Below are positions 42,344 through 54,627 of a stretch of DNA of 64,000 bases, in pieces. Source of the DNA: Hyaloraphidium curvatum SAG 235-1 (Eukaryota; Fungi; Monoblepharomycota); NCBI GenBank assembly GCA_025558095.1, contig JAIVFI010000001.1:434001-498000 (forward strand). The letters run 5' to 3'. Position numbers and translations under genes: made by a program. The notes beneath the pieces are model-generated. The model was not told the origin of the DNA, did not search any database, and saw only the letters and a list, made by a program, of their open reading frames with translations. Position 1 is the stretch's first letter; each line of letters begins with the position of its first letter.

Positions 42344-43229
42344 TCCTGTTGACGCTCGAGTCGTGGAATACAGCGGTCCGCTCCGGAACCTTGCTTCACA
42401 CGGCCCGCAAGCCCCTGCGGGGCTGTTGACGAGGGGCCGCAGGGCTTCGAATCCGCGGCAAATCATTCGTTGCGTCCATCGGATGCCTGGTCCGGGCGCG
42501 GAGACCCGCTGCATGAGGCGTACACGTCGGGGAACTTTCTGGTTCGACTCTTGCGCAGATGGGGCGGACAGCGGGCTTGCCGCAGGTCTTCCGTCCGATG
42601 TCACTTCGCCAGCTCGGACGGCTGCTTCCAATCGGCCGGTGCCGTTTCCCTTGCCTCGGATTCGTGGCGATGTTTCTGTCGGCAAACAGCTGTGTCGAGA
42701 GCGTTAAGTCGCCGTGGAGCGTTTCGCGAGGGAATGAACGACACCAAAGTGCCGCATATGACCCATTGATGTTACTAGATGTCTTCTTTTGCCAGTTGGA
42801 TCCGCTGCAATCGTCCTACAGGTCGGGGATCCCTACGGATCAAACTTTGCACAGATGCCGAGTGCAGCCGACTCGCCGCAGCCTCTGGGGCTGCTCATGT
42901 TTCGCACGGCTGACTAGCTGTTTCCAATCGGCCGTCGTGGGTTCTCTGCCTCTCGGTGGTTCTAGTCCTCGCACCTCCTTTTGCGAAGCCCGCGAGGTGC
43001 AGGGAACGGTCCGCCCAATCCAGCACGACCGATGCATATCCTTGGCGCGACGGCGTCCCGATCAAGGCTTCTCCCGACGTTGCAAAGATGGCCAATCTGC
43101 GGCACTCGTTGGGACGAGATTTGCCACAACTTTGCCGCGCGAGCCTCCGCAGCCCCGCCGCGAGTTTAGCCTGACGGCTCAAAACCACCACCCGGTGTCT
43201 CCTTGCCCTCCCACGCCCCCCGCTCTGCG

Positions 43230-45091
43230 ATGGAGGCGCACCCGCCGCCCGTCACCGACGCCGACGCCGCGGCGCCGGGACCGGGGCTGTCGCGGACGGC
43301 CAAGGTGCTGGCGGTGGTGTCGCTTTCTCTCGGAATCTTGCTCTTCTCGCTCGAGGCAACAGGTTCGTGAGCACCCTCCTGCAAAGAAACACCTCTCTGA
43401 AATGCCTTCTAGTCGTCTCGGTGGCGATCCCGGCCATCGTCAAGGACCTCGGCGGCGAGTCGCTGCTCGCGTGGATCGGCACCTCGTACATCCTCGCAGC
43501 GACGGCCGTCGGCCCGCTGTGGGGCAAATTCGGCGACATCTTCGGCCGCAAGAACCTGCTCATTTTCAACACCGTCGTGTTCATCCTCGCCTCGGTCATG
43601 TGCGCCCTCGCGCCCTCGATGGTCGTGCTCATCGTCGGCCGCGGGTTCCAGGGCGTCGGCGGCGGCGGGCTGCAGGCGCTGGTCTACGTGATGGTGTCCG
43701 AGGTCGTCACGCTCAGGGAGCGCGGCACCTACACCGCCATCATGGGCGCCATCGCTGGCGCGGGCGCCATGGTCGGCCCGCTCGTCGGCGGCGTGATCAC
43801 GGACAACTGGAGCTGGCGTGGCGCATTCTGGATCAATCTCCCAGTGGGAGCGCTCGCACTTGCCGGGTACTTCTTCCTCCTCCCGCGGACCGCCCGCCGT
43901 AAAGCCACCTGGCGCGAGACGCTCGCCCGGGTGGACTACGGCGGCGCCATCCTCTGCGTCGCCGGCGTCGTCGGCCTGCTCCTCGGACTCACGTGGGGCG
44001 TGACCGCCGGCTGGGTGTCGGCGCAGACCCTGGTGCCCCTAATTTTGGGCGCCATCATCGTGATCGCGTTCGTGCTCTACGAGTGGAAGGTGCCGAAGGA
44101 GCCCAGCGTGCCCATGCGGCTGTTTGCGTCCGTCAACATTTCGTGCACCTACGCGGCCAACTTCTTTGTCGGGTGGATGAGCATGTCGGGCGGCTACTAC
44201 TTGGTTGGTGCCGCGACGTCGCCGCCGGCACGCCCTTCAGACCCGCTGACCCTCGCCGCCCGCCAGCCGCTGTTTTTCCAGCTCGTCCTCGGCAATACCC
44301 CCACAGCCTCGGGCCTCAAGACCATCCCCTCCATCGCCGTACTCATCCCCGTCTCGATCGTCACCGGCATTGTCTCCTCCAAGACCGGCATCTACGTGCC
44401 CTTCCCCAAGGTCGGCCTGGCCATCGCCGCGGTCGGCGTCGGCCTCATGACCACCTGGAACGCCGGCACCCCCGTCGGCGAGCAGATCGGCTACCTCTGC
44501 ATCCAGGGCTTCGGCCTGGGGCTCAGCCTCTCGATGCTCATGCTCATCGTGCAGGCCAATCTGCCGCTGGCCGACATCGGCCCGGGCACGACCGTGATGA
44601 CATTCATGTCCTCGGTCGGCGGCGTGCTGGGGATCGGCGTGGGCGGCACCATCCTCGCCAACATCGTCGCGGGGCAGCTCTCCTCCGCCGCCATCGTCTC
44701 GGCGGCGGCGGCGCTGGGAATCGACCCGGCAGTGCTTGGCGAATGCGTGCAGGCGCAGGTCAACGGGCAGCCGCTGCAACCCTCGAGCACGGTGCCCGCG
44801 TCGGCGGTGCAGGCCGCCTCGTCGATGGTCGCGGCGGCGTACGAGGCCGCGCTCAGCAAGGTGTTTTTGTCGATGGCCGTGGCGACCTGCGCGGGGTGGG
44901 TCGCCGTTATGTTCATCCGGCACGTGCCCCTGCGGACGACGATGGACTCGACCGAGATCGTCGTGGACTCGGGGAAGGACACGGACCCCGAGGCGGCGGC
45001 AAAGGAGGGGGCCGGCGGGAAGGAGGGGGACGACGAGACGGTGGTGGGCGCGGAACAGGCGGGAGAGCACCAGAAGGAAGCGTTGAGATAG
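43230..45091 (+). CDS. MFS drug:H+ antiporter (DHA2, 14-TM type)
   Basis: WIGTSYIL...PLWGKFGDIFGRK, GRGFQGVGGGG, RERG.Y, GPLVGG.I..NWSWR..FWINLP. Introns at ~43363-43412 and ~44204-44266. Confidence 0.92.
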
Positions 45092-45419
45092 CCTTGGATC
45101 GATCGCGTTGTCCCGGGATGCGTACACCAGAGCAGAATTGATCGTTGCACAGCTTTGCGAAAACCGCCCGCTATCCTTTCGCACGGTCATCGCATGCCGA
45201 CGTTGCGCACGATCCGCAAAGGAACTTCGCTTCAAGATAAAGCCCAGTAGATGCAAGTTGCCCAAGTCACTGATGTGCAACTCCGACAAGTCATGAAAGG
45301 TCATTGAGTCAACGGCGGGATTTCGGGATCCAGGATGTCGCCATCTCCGTCCTCAAAAGCGCCACAAACATCGCATCCGCAGCCCAAATTCGGCCCTCCT
45401 GCACCCACATCGACCAGCG

Positions 45420-46707
45420 ATGGCCCCCTCTATCGACTCTGCTCCCGCGCCGCCGGCCCCCGCGGCCAAGCAGCCCGCCACGTGGCAGCTGTTCCCGAGT
45501 GTGCCTTTTGCAGCGCGCAAGAACGTCGCTGCCCCGCGATACCACGTCGCCAAGCACACCGTGTTGCCGCCCGTGTTGGCCTATGCGGGAATCACGGCAA
45601 CGGACCTGACCCGAAGCATCGGCACCGAGCTCACGGGCCTGAACCTTGTCGAAGTGACGCCCGACCAGGTGCGCGGACCCGTTCTCCCACGCTGGACCAC
45701 TTCCTGACGCATACACGCTCCCAAGGTCGAAGCCCTCAAGGTCCTGGTCGCCCAGCGCGGCGGGCTCTTCTTCCGCGGGCAGGACGACCTCGACCTTGAC
45801 GCGCAGCAGCGGCTCGGGCTCAAGTTCGGCCCGCTGCACCGGCATCCCAACGCCCGGGGGCCCGAGGGGTACCCCGACGTGCTACCCGTTAATGCGGGTC
45901 CTAACAGCACGATCGTGGCGGGGGATGCATGGCATTCGGACGTCTCGTGCGACAAGGTGCCGCCGGGGATCACGATCCTCAACATCCTTGAGAACCCCGA
46001 GACCGGGGCCGACAGTGCGTTGCCACGGAGCTACTGATGCGTGCGCGGAAGGCCTGATTTGTTTCTCCGCGATCGCAGCGCTCTGGGCTTCCGCCGAGGC
46101 CCTCTACGCCAAGCTCTCCCCCACCCTCCGCGGCTTCCTCGCCACCCTGACCGCCGTCCACGACTCCAAGCAGGCCGGCCTCGCATCCCGCTACGGCACC
46201 CTGCAGCGCGAGGAGGACCCCTCGTTCCCCGTCAGAGTCCACCCCGTCGTGCGCACCCACCCGACCACGGGCCAGCGCAGCCTCTACGTCAACCCGGGGG
46301 TTCACCACCCGCGTCGCCGAGCTCGAGCCCGCGGAGAGCAGGGCGCTGCTGCAGCTGCTGTTCGACCACGTGGCGTACTCCAGCGATTGCCAGGTTCGCT
46401 GGAAGTGGACGGACCGCAGCGTCGCCATCTGGGACAACAGGAACACGCTGCACGACGTCAGCTGGGACTACTTGTGGGTCTTATTCGGCCCGTCGGTCCC
46501 GGCATCCGTTTCATACGGCATCCATACAGCCCCTACTCGCGTAAAGGGTTCCGCGTCGCAGTGCTCTCCGAAGAGCCATTCTTCGACCCGTCGCGGGGTG
46601 AAGTGCGGGAAATCCTGGACGCCGAAGCGTATCTGGCCGAGGTCGGCAAGCCGAAAAAACTGCGGAACGGGGCAGCAAATGTCGAAATCAACGGGCAGGT
46701 CCGCTAG
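45420..46707 (+). CDS. TauD/TfdA alpha-ketoglutarate-dependent dioxygenase (one-base insertion at 46296-46300)
   Basis: LTRSIGTEL.G, LFFRGQD, WHSDVS, HPVVRTHP.TG..SLYVNPG|FTTRV, WDNRNTLH. Three introns; an extra G breaks the frame at VNPG-FT. Confidence 0.88.
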
Positions 46708-47352
46708 GGCGGTGGAAGCCCCGGAGATCGCCGTACCAGACAAAAGAAGCAATCTCATCCGACATTCCTCTGTACATTCCAGACTTATGGCTTCCTGAAC
46801 AACTCGTCGGTTAGATGTGCGTCTGAAGGTTATCGTTCGCGCCCACCCACGCTGGTCAAGCCAGGGCCAAAGATCCTCGAGAGTCCGATTTGGACGTGCG
46901 CCGATCCGTCGTCGCCGGCGCGGGGCCGAGCCGGCCGTCGAAGCACTGGCGTCCTGCCTGACCACCGCCCAATTGCACAGACGGCGGCCCGGTACGGGGC
47001 TCCATTCCGCCGGGTGGTTTGCCGCTCCGGGCGGTCGGATCGGGCGGGACGACAGCGTGCGCGGGCGGCGGGGTGAGGGTGGGTCCTTCCGGACACCAGC
47101 CGTCTGAACTAGCCGCCCGCTCTGCCCTCGCGTCGCCCCCTGGCAGGTTCGGGGACGAGGGAGGGGCGGAAAGATGGCGGTCTTTTGCTCTTCGGCTTGG
47201 TTTTGCGGGCATCATCGGTCGATCTGGCGGGCTGCAGCGTGGGCGGATTCCCGACCTCGGGGCCAGGCGGTTTTTTTTCTTCGGTCAAAGAGCTCCCGAG
47301 TGGTCGGCGGGCGGGGTCGATCTTTCCCCGTCTTCGTCATCACGGTTCGAGG

Positions 47353-49561
47353 ATGCGCGCCGCGGCGCTGCTCGCCCTGAGCGTCCTCGCGCTCGCCGCC
47401 GCCGCCACGGCCGACCGAGAGCCCCCGCCGGCGCGGCTGCCCGCGCTCCCCGGCAGCGGATCGCGCGCCGGCCGGCTGTTCGACCGGCGCCTCGCGCGTG
47501 GGCCGGCCGGCCCCGCGGCGCCCGCGGACGCGTCCGCCGACTTGGTGCCGGTGCGGGGCGCGCTCGCCACGCAGGTCGTCTTCTTCGGTGTCAACGGCTG
47601 CCCCGAGATCGGCTCCGGGATGGGCAACTTCTCCTTCAGGGTCCGCGCGCTCTTCCACCCCGGTTACTCCTGCGAGGAGGTCTTCCCCCCGCCGTTCGTC
47701 AGCGGCGAGTGCGACACCCTGTTCTCCGACCCCCGGTTCCCGGGCTCGTTCGTCACGGGGTGCGTCGACGGCGCAGAAGGCCTGCCCGTGTCGACCAACG
47801 GCGTCGTCGGATGGCACCTCGGACCCACCGTGCCCGAGGCCCTGATGCAGTGTGGGTGGCGCCGCCCCCGGCGCGGGACCGCGACTGACCGGGCCCGCAG
47901 ACAACCTGACCTATATCATGTACTACCTGGAGAGCTGCATTTGGCCCGTGCAATTCGCCCTCTCGAGCGAAATCACCTTCGTGGGTCCCGCCGCCGTTTT
48001 GCTCCCGCCCAACGGCCTCACCCGCGGCCGCCTCCCACCAAGTACACGCCCGAGGTGTGGGAAACCACGGCCAAGTCCCCCAAGCACTCGCCACTGTGCA
48101 CCAACAGCCCCGGCGATTCCATCTGCTTCGCCCAACCCTTCGATCCGGACTTCGCGGGCAGGGTCGAGACCTGCGGTGCCCTCGCGCTTGCCGACAACCT
48201 GATCACGCCGACGTCGACGGCGACGCCGGTGACCACCCAGGTGCGCCGGGTCCGGCGGCCGCCCGGCCGCCAGCTAACCTTCCGCCCCGCGGCAGACGCG
48301 CACCGCGGAGCCGACGCCGACGGGCAAGGTCATCATGTACCGGATCGAGTACGGGAGCACGTGGGATTGTCCCGACGTCGGTCGGTCCCCCGGCATGCCT
48401 GTGCCGCCGCTTGCTGATGCCGCGTCCCCAGAGTCCCTCTTCAACGGCACGGACGTTTCGGAAGTCGTCGGGTACACGGTCACGGACTCCCGCCGGGAGC
48501 TCTGCAGACTGGATGACGGCACGTCGGTGTTCAACACGACGGCCAGGATCTGCGTGTCGGAAAAGCCGTTCGAGACCATGGCCGCGATCGTGTGGTGCGA
48601 GGAGAAGGCGGACTTTCCCGTGAGCCCCGAGGGCGTAGCCGGCGATCCGTTCGGCGGGCCGATCCCGCAGAAGATCCTGGATCGTAGGATGTCCCGCGCC
48701 CGCCCCGCGCGTCGTGCAGGCTGACCTGCCCCCCGATCCGCAGATCCACTGGCTTACAGCGAGGTTCTCGCCGAGACAAACGGAGTGGCGGACTGCCCCC
48801 CTTCCGCCTTCACACCCGCGTCCGTCTACCTCTCCCTCGCGGTTTTCTTCCCGCGGAGCTACGCCGCCGGCTTTGCCACCCTGCTCGGCTTCCTCCCGGG
48901 CCAGGACCCCGCTCTATGCGGCACCCCCGACGCCTTCGGATGCACCGTCCGCCGCTCGACGAGCAAGCTGCAGGGCTGCGGCCCGTTGTGTGCGTGCACC
49001 CCGCCCGCGGCGCGCAGTCAGCCCCCCGCCCCGCTGACCCGCGCCGTCCCCGTGCAGCCCTGCACCAGAACCTGTTGCTCCCCCCCGGATCGCTCCAAAC
49101 CAGGACGGTAGGCTGTCCCCGCGCCCACCCGGTCGTCCGGAGAGCTGACCGCAACGGCGCCTACACCCCGCCAGGCCACGACGACCCGGACGAGCAGCGC
49201 GACGCCGACCACGGGCACCCCGACCGTGCCACCCTCCACGGACACAATCACCGTCACCGCCACGAGCGTCTCGACGACGACGGCCACCGCGGTTTCCACG
49301 TCCACGGTGTCGGTCGCGGGGACCACCGTCATCAGCACGGTTTCCGTGCCCACTACGGTCACCGTGCCCAGGACGCTCTTCTCCACCTCGACGCGGACGT
49401 CGACGTCCACCAGGACGCTCAGGCTGACCCGGACCCGCCTCGTCACGGTCGCCAGGACCACCGTCGTCAGGGTGGTCACGAAAAAGGTCACGGCGACCAG
49501 GATCGGGACCGTCAGGGTGACAGTCACCAGGACGGCCACGATCGCCAAGCGCCGGCGATGA
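47353..49561 (+). CDS. Secreted multi-exon Cys-containing protein with Thr/Val/Arg-rich basic tail
   Basis: Signal MRAAALLALSVLALAAAA; several Cys-containing exons separated by gt...ctgac...cag introns; final exon TVTVPRT...TRTRLVTVARTTVVRVVTKKVTATRIGTVRVTVTRTATIAKRRR*. Confidence 0.7.
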
Positions 49562-49802
49562 GGAGGGGCGGATGGAGGGAGGGGGACCGTGGACGGGCGG
49601 GGCATGCGTCGGAATGCGGGGGTACGTGCGCCGCCATTGGCGGCTCGCGCCCGCAAATTCTTTGGGAACCGAAGCCCGCAAGCATCAAGATCGTCGATCA
49701 TCCGGTTTTTTGGATTGCCAAGATTGCCAAGAGAACCAGGATCGCAAGACATACGAAAAGCATCCCAACCTGCAGCCATCCGCGGACCGTCGTTCCCGGT
49801 CG

Positions 49803-49885
49803 TCATTCCTCCCCGATCTCCCCGTCCTCCGCGGTGTCCACCTCCATCTCCGCCTCCCTCGCCGCCTCCTGCGCGGTGCCAACGG
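49803..49885 (-). pseudogene. Orphan acidic C-terminal coding tail
   Basis: GTAQEAAREAEMEVDTAEDGEIGEE* looks coding and directly abuts the TauD-tail copy. Confidence 0.35.
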
Positions 49886-50042
49886 GGGTTCCGCGGTGCT
49901 GTCCGAGGAGCCCTTCTTCGACCCGTCGAGGGGCGAGGCGAGGGAGATCGTGGATGCCGAAACATACCTGGCCGAGGTCGGCAAGCCGAGCAAGCTGCGG
50001 AATGGGGCCGTGGACGTGGGAATCAACGGGCAGGGTCAGTAG
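49886..50042 (+). pseudogene. Orphan copy of the TauD last exon (46546-46707)
   Basis: VLSEEPFFDPSRGEAREIVDAETYLAEVGKPSKLRNGAVDVGINGQGQ* versus VLSEEPFFDPSRGEVREILDAEAYLAEVGKPKKLRNGAANVEINGQVR*. Confidence 0.9.
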
Positions 50043-50256
50043 AGCATTGTCACCCTCGGTGCAATTGGAAGTCGCAAATCCACGACGGATCCCTATGTTT
50101 TCGATGCTGGGATGCCGTAGTGAGCGGTCGGGTCGGGGAAACAAGGAGACAGCGGCCCTCGCGCTTTTTCTGCGCGGGCGCGGCCGATCTCCGAATTTCC
50201 GGCATCCCGCACATACCTCCCCCCGGATCCCTGCACCCTCCGCGACTTTCCCAGAA

Positions 50257-52293
50257 ATGATCCTGCTAATCGCGGTCGCCGCGGCCGCGCTCGCTCTTGT
50301 CTACCTCGCATGGCGCTACCCTGACCGCGCCGCCTTCACCCCCGACATGCCGCGAGCGAAGCCGGCCCCGGGCGGCATCCCGATCTTCGGGCACGCGTTT
50401 TCGCTGCGCAAGTTCCTCCCCACCTTCCACGAGACCATTCTCGAGTGGTAAGAACGTCTTCTGCGGCAGGATGGCATGGGCTGACAACCCGGCCAGGGCG
50501 CAGAAGCACGGGGACGTCGTGCGGATGAGCGCCTGGGTGCCGGGGATCCTCCGGCAGGACGGCATCTGGACGTTCGACGTCAAAGACATCGAGCACGTGC
50601 TGCGGGACCCGTACTTGTTCGAGAAGGGCGAGTTCATGAGGACGAACCTGACCGAGCTGCTGGGACGGGGGATCTTCAACTCGGACGGGAACCACTGGTA
50701 CGTGGGCGGCCGCTGGCTCGACATGCACAGGAATCAGTCTAACGGGGGTGTGATCGCCGACAGGAAGGTCCAGCGCAAGGTCTCGGCCGTGCGTTTCCCG
50801 CTCTCCTTGTGCTCCGTACCTGTTGGCCCTGACTGCTCACCTTCGGCCCAGAACATCTTCAACGTCCGGGCATTCCGCGACGCCTATGTGCCCATCTTCG
50901 CCATTGACGCCACCCGCTTGCGCTCGCATCTTGAAGCCGTCGCTGCGCGGCTGGGTTCTTTCGTGGACGTGCAGGACCTGCTGCTGAGGTCTACCATGGA
51001 CAGCTTTGTGAAGCTGAGCATGTCGTACGACGTGGGGAACCTCGAGGGAATTGGCTCGTTCGACACCGAAGGCCGATACGTGGGGTTCCGTGGTGGCACG
51101 CCGACTCCACCATCTGACGTGCCCCCGGTCAACAGAAGCTGCACCACGTTCCCTTTTCCACAGCCCTCGACAATCTCAACGCCTTCTGCATCCGCCGCAC
51201 GGGAAACCCATTCTGGCCCGTGCTCGAGCGGCTCAACGGCGGGATCGAGCAGGTGCAGGCGTGGAGGTCGACCGTGGACGGGCTGACGGGGCAAATCGTG
51301 GCCGAAAAGAGGGCGAGGAGGGCGGGGGGGAAGATGCAGGGGGAGGGGAAGGATCTGCTCGACTGTGGGGCTCGGTGGCAGTGCTGGGATGTGCGCGGGC
51401 CTGACCGACGCGCGCAGTCTTCATGGACACGACGAACGAGGACGCCTCAGAGGTAACGGACGAGAAGCTCAAGGACATGGCGGGTTGACCAATCGCGGGC
51501 GACGTCGGTGGTTGTCTCATCGATCTCACCTCAGGTCCGGAACATGATCATCGCCGGACGCGACACGACGGCGCAGACGCTTTCCTGGGTCGCGTACCGC
51601 ATGAGCAGTGGGTCTCCGCTCTCCGCGTGACGCCGTTTGTGCTCATGCCGCCCCATACCAGTGCACCCGGAGGTCGCCGACCGCATGCGCGAGGAAATGG
51701 ACGCCGTGCTCGGGTCCGACAAGAACGCCCTCCCCTCGTACCAGGACATCCCCTCGCTCCGCTACACCCTTGCCGTCTTCCTCGAGACCCTTAGGCTGCA
51801 CAGCAACGTGCCCATGAACGTCAAGATCGCCACCGCCGACACCGTGCTGCCCGGCACCGGCACGCCCATCAAGGCGGGGCAACGCGTGCGGTTCAGCACG
51901 TTCGCGATGGGCAGGCTCGAGAGGGTGTGGGGGCCGGATGCGGGTGAGTTCAAGCCGGGGAGGTGGCTGGACGAGAAGGGGGGGTTGCGGAGGGAGGATT
52001 CGTTCAAGTTTGCGGCGTTCAACGCGGGGCCTCGTATTGTGGGTTCGAACTGCTCGCCTCGCAAACGCCCGTTGACGTCTTTGCCCCCTTGTTTCCAGTG
52101 CCTGGGGATGGACATGGCCAAACAGGAGGCGGTCGTGCTCATGTGTGCCCTGTTCCGGCGGTTCCGCCTGCGGGTAGTGCGCGAGGACGACCCGGAAAAG
52201 TGGGGGGACTACGAGGGGCGCAGGGGGAGGTACGATCTGCAGGCGACGTTGGCGGTGCGCAAGGCGCTGGATGTGGTGGTGGAAACTGTCTAG
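50257..52293 (+). CDS. Cytochrome P450 (fatty-acid omega-hydroxylase-like), copy 1
   Basis: N-terminal anchor, PGGIPIFG, LLGRGIFNSDG..WK.QRK, IIAGRDTTA, ETLR, EFKPGRW, FNAGPRI|CLG. Multiple introns. Confidence 0.93.
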
Positions 52294-52533
52294 GAGTGGG
52301 CCGGCCTGCAGTTGTTGCGCAGCAGCCGGAACTGATGGGATGGTGGTCGGACTCTGCAGCAACGAGTGCGCTTCCTTGAGTGCGATCGAATGTCGGCCGC
52401 ACGACGTCGGGCGATTGATGTCATGGAACGGCCGCCCGCGGTCGGCGGGTTCGGCGATCGGAATGTGCGCGGGCGGGCGGCTCGACTGTCCGCAACCACC
52501 CAACTTTCCCCGATCCCCTTGCCGCACCCCGCG

Positions 52534-54507
52534 ATGCTCCTCCTCGTCGCGGCCGCTCTGGGCGTCCTCTTTGTGGCGTACCTCGCGTGGCGGTACCCCG
52601 ACCGCGCGGCCTTCACGCCCGACATGCCCGACGCCAAGATGATGCCCGGCGGCGTGCCGATCTTCGGGCACGCGTTCGCGATGCGGAATTTCCTGCCCGT
52701 CTTCCACGAGATGGTTTTGGACCTGTGAGCACCGCGTTGGCCGGGATGCGCGGGGGCTGACCCGTCCCGAGGGCGCGGGAGCACGGGGACGTGCTGAGGA
52801 TGTCGGCGTGGGTGCCCGGCATCCTGGCGCAGGACGGCGTGTGGACGTTCGACGTCCGCGACATCGAGCACGTGCTGCGGGATCCTTATTTGTTTGAGAA
52901 GGGGGCGTTCATGAAGAAGAACCTGACGGAGCTGTTCGGGCGCGGGATCTTCATCTCCGACGGGAACCACTGGAAGGTCCAGCGCAAGATTTCGGCCGTG
53001 GGTTCCATGCTCGCCCTGGGCCGGCAGCTCCGAGACTCACCGCCCCTCCACGCAGAACATCTTCAACGTCCGCGCCTTCCGCGACGCCTACGTGCCCATC
53101 TTTGCTGCCGACGGCGCGCGGTTGCGGTCGCACCTTGCCGCCGTCGCCGCGCGCCCTGGGTCTTTCGTGGACGTGCAGGAGCTGCTGCTGCGGAGCACCA
53201 TGGACAGCTTCGTCAAGCTGAGCATGTCGTACGATGTGGGCAACCTGGAGGGGACGGGAACGTTCGATGCCGAGGGCCGCTACGTGGGTTGTCCGACGGC
53301 CGGCTCAGAATTCGCCTCATCGAGACCCGCTTCGGGGGAACAGAAACTCCACGACGTCCCCTTCTCCACCGCACTCGACAGCATCAACGCCTACTGCATC
53401 CGCCGCGCCGGAAACCCCCTCTGGCCGGTGCTGGAGCGGTTCAACGGCGGACACGAGAGGGTGCGGGCGTGGAGGGAGACGGTGGACGGGCTGACGGGGC
53501 GGATCGTGGAGGGGAAGAGGGCAAGGAGGGGGGCGGGAAAGGGAGAGGTGGGAAAGGGGGAGGGCGAGGGGAAGGATCTGCTCGATTGTGGGTCGCCGTG
53601 GGTGCGGATCGGAGTGAGGGCTGACCGACGCTGGCAGTCTTTATGGACACGGTGAACGACGACGGGTCCGAGGTCACGGACGAGCAGCTCAAGGACATGG
53701 TGGGCTTCGCTCTGCTCCTCGGCACGTCGCCATGCTGATGGGTTCCACTCCAGGTCCGAAACATGATCATCGCCGGGCGCGACACGACCGCGCAGACGCT
53801 TTCCTGGGTCGTCTACCGCATGAGCAGTGAGTCTTGCTTTCGCTGCTTTGCGGCATGCCCTCACACCCATATCAGTGCACCCGGAGGTCGCCGACCGCAT
53901 GCGCGAGGAAATGGACGCCGTGCTCGGGTCCGACAAGAACGCCCTCCCCTCGTACCAGGACATCCCCTCGCTCCGCTACACCCTTGCCGTCTTCCTCGAG
54001 ACCCTTAGGCTGCACAGCAACGTGCCCATGAACGTCAAGATCGCCACCGCCGACACCGTGCTGCCCGGCACCGGCACGCCCATCAAGGCGGGGCAACGCG
54101 TGCGGTTCAGCACGTTCGCGATGGGCAGGCTCGAGAGGGTGTGGGGGCCGGATGCGGGTGAGTTCAAGCCGGGGAGGTGGCTGGACGAGAAGGGGGGGTT
54201 GCGGAGGGAGGATTCGTTCAAGTTTGCGGCGTTCAACGCCGGGCCTCGTATTGTGGGTTCGAACTGCTCGCCTCGCAAACGGCCGTTGACGTCTTTGCCC
54301 CCTTGTTTCCAGTGCCTGGGGATGGACATGGCCAAACAAGAGGCGGTCGTGCTCATGTGTGCCCTGTTCCGGCGGTTCCGCCTGCGGGTAGTGCGCGAGG
54401 ACGACCCGGAAAAGTGGGGGGACTACGAGGGGCGCAGGGGGCGGTACGATCTGCAGGCGACGCTGGCGGTGCGCAAGGCGCTGGACGTGGAGGTCGATGC
54501 CATCTAG
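52534..54507 (+). CDS. Cytochrome P450, tandem copy 2
   Basis: Same motifs as copy 1; the 3' ~610 bp are nearly identical to copy 1. Confidence 0.93.
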
Positions 54508-54627
54508 TGTTGGGTTGGATGGTCGGAAATGGACCGCATTGGCCTCGATCGGCGGTCGTCTGTTTGGGAGGCTGATCGGAGCCGCCAACCGTCGGCGGGA
54601 CCGCGGCCCCCTGCGCGCCCGCCAAAC

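Noticed and set aside
42344-43229. Possible coding remnants in the intergenic region (also 40740-41100)
   Set aside because: No recognisable motif or consistent codon bias.
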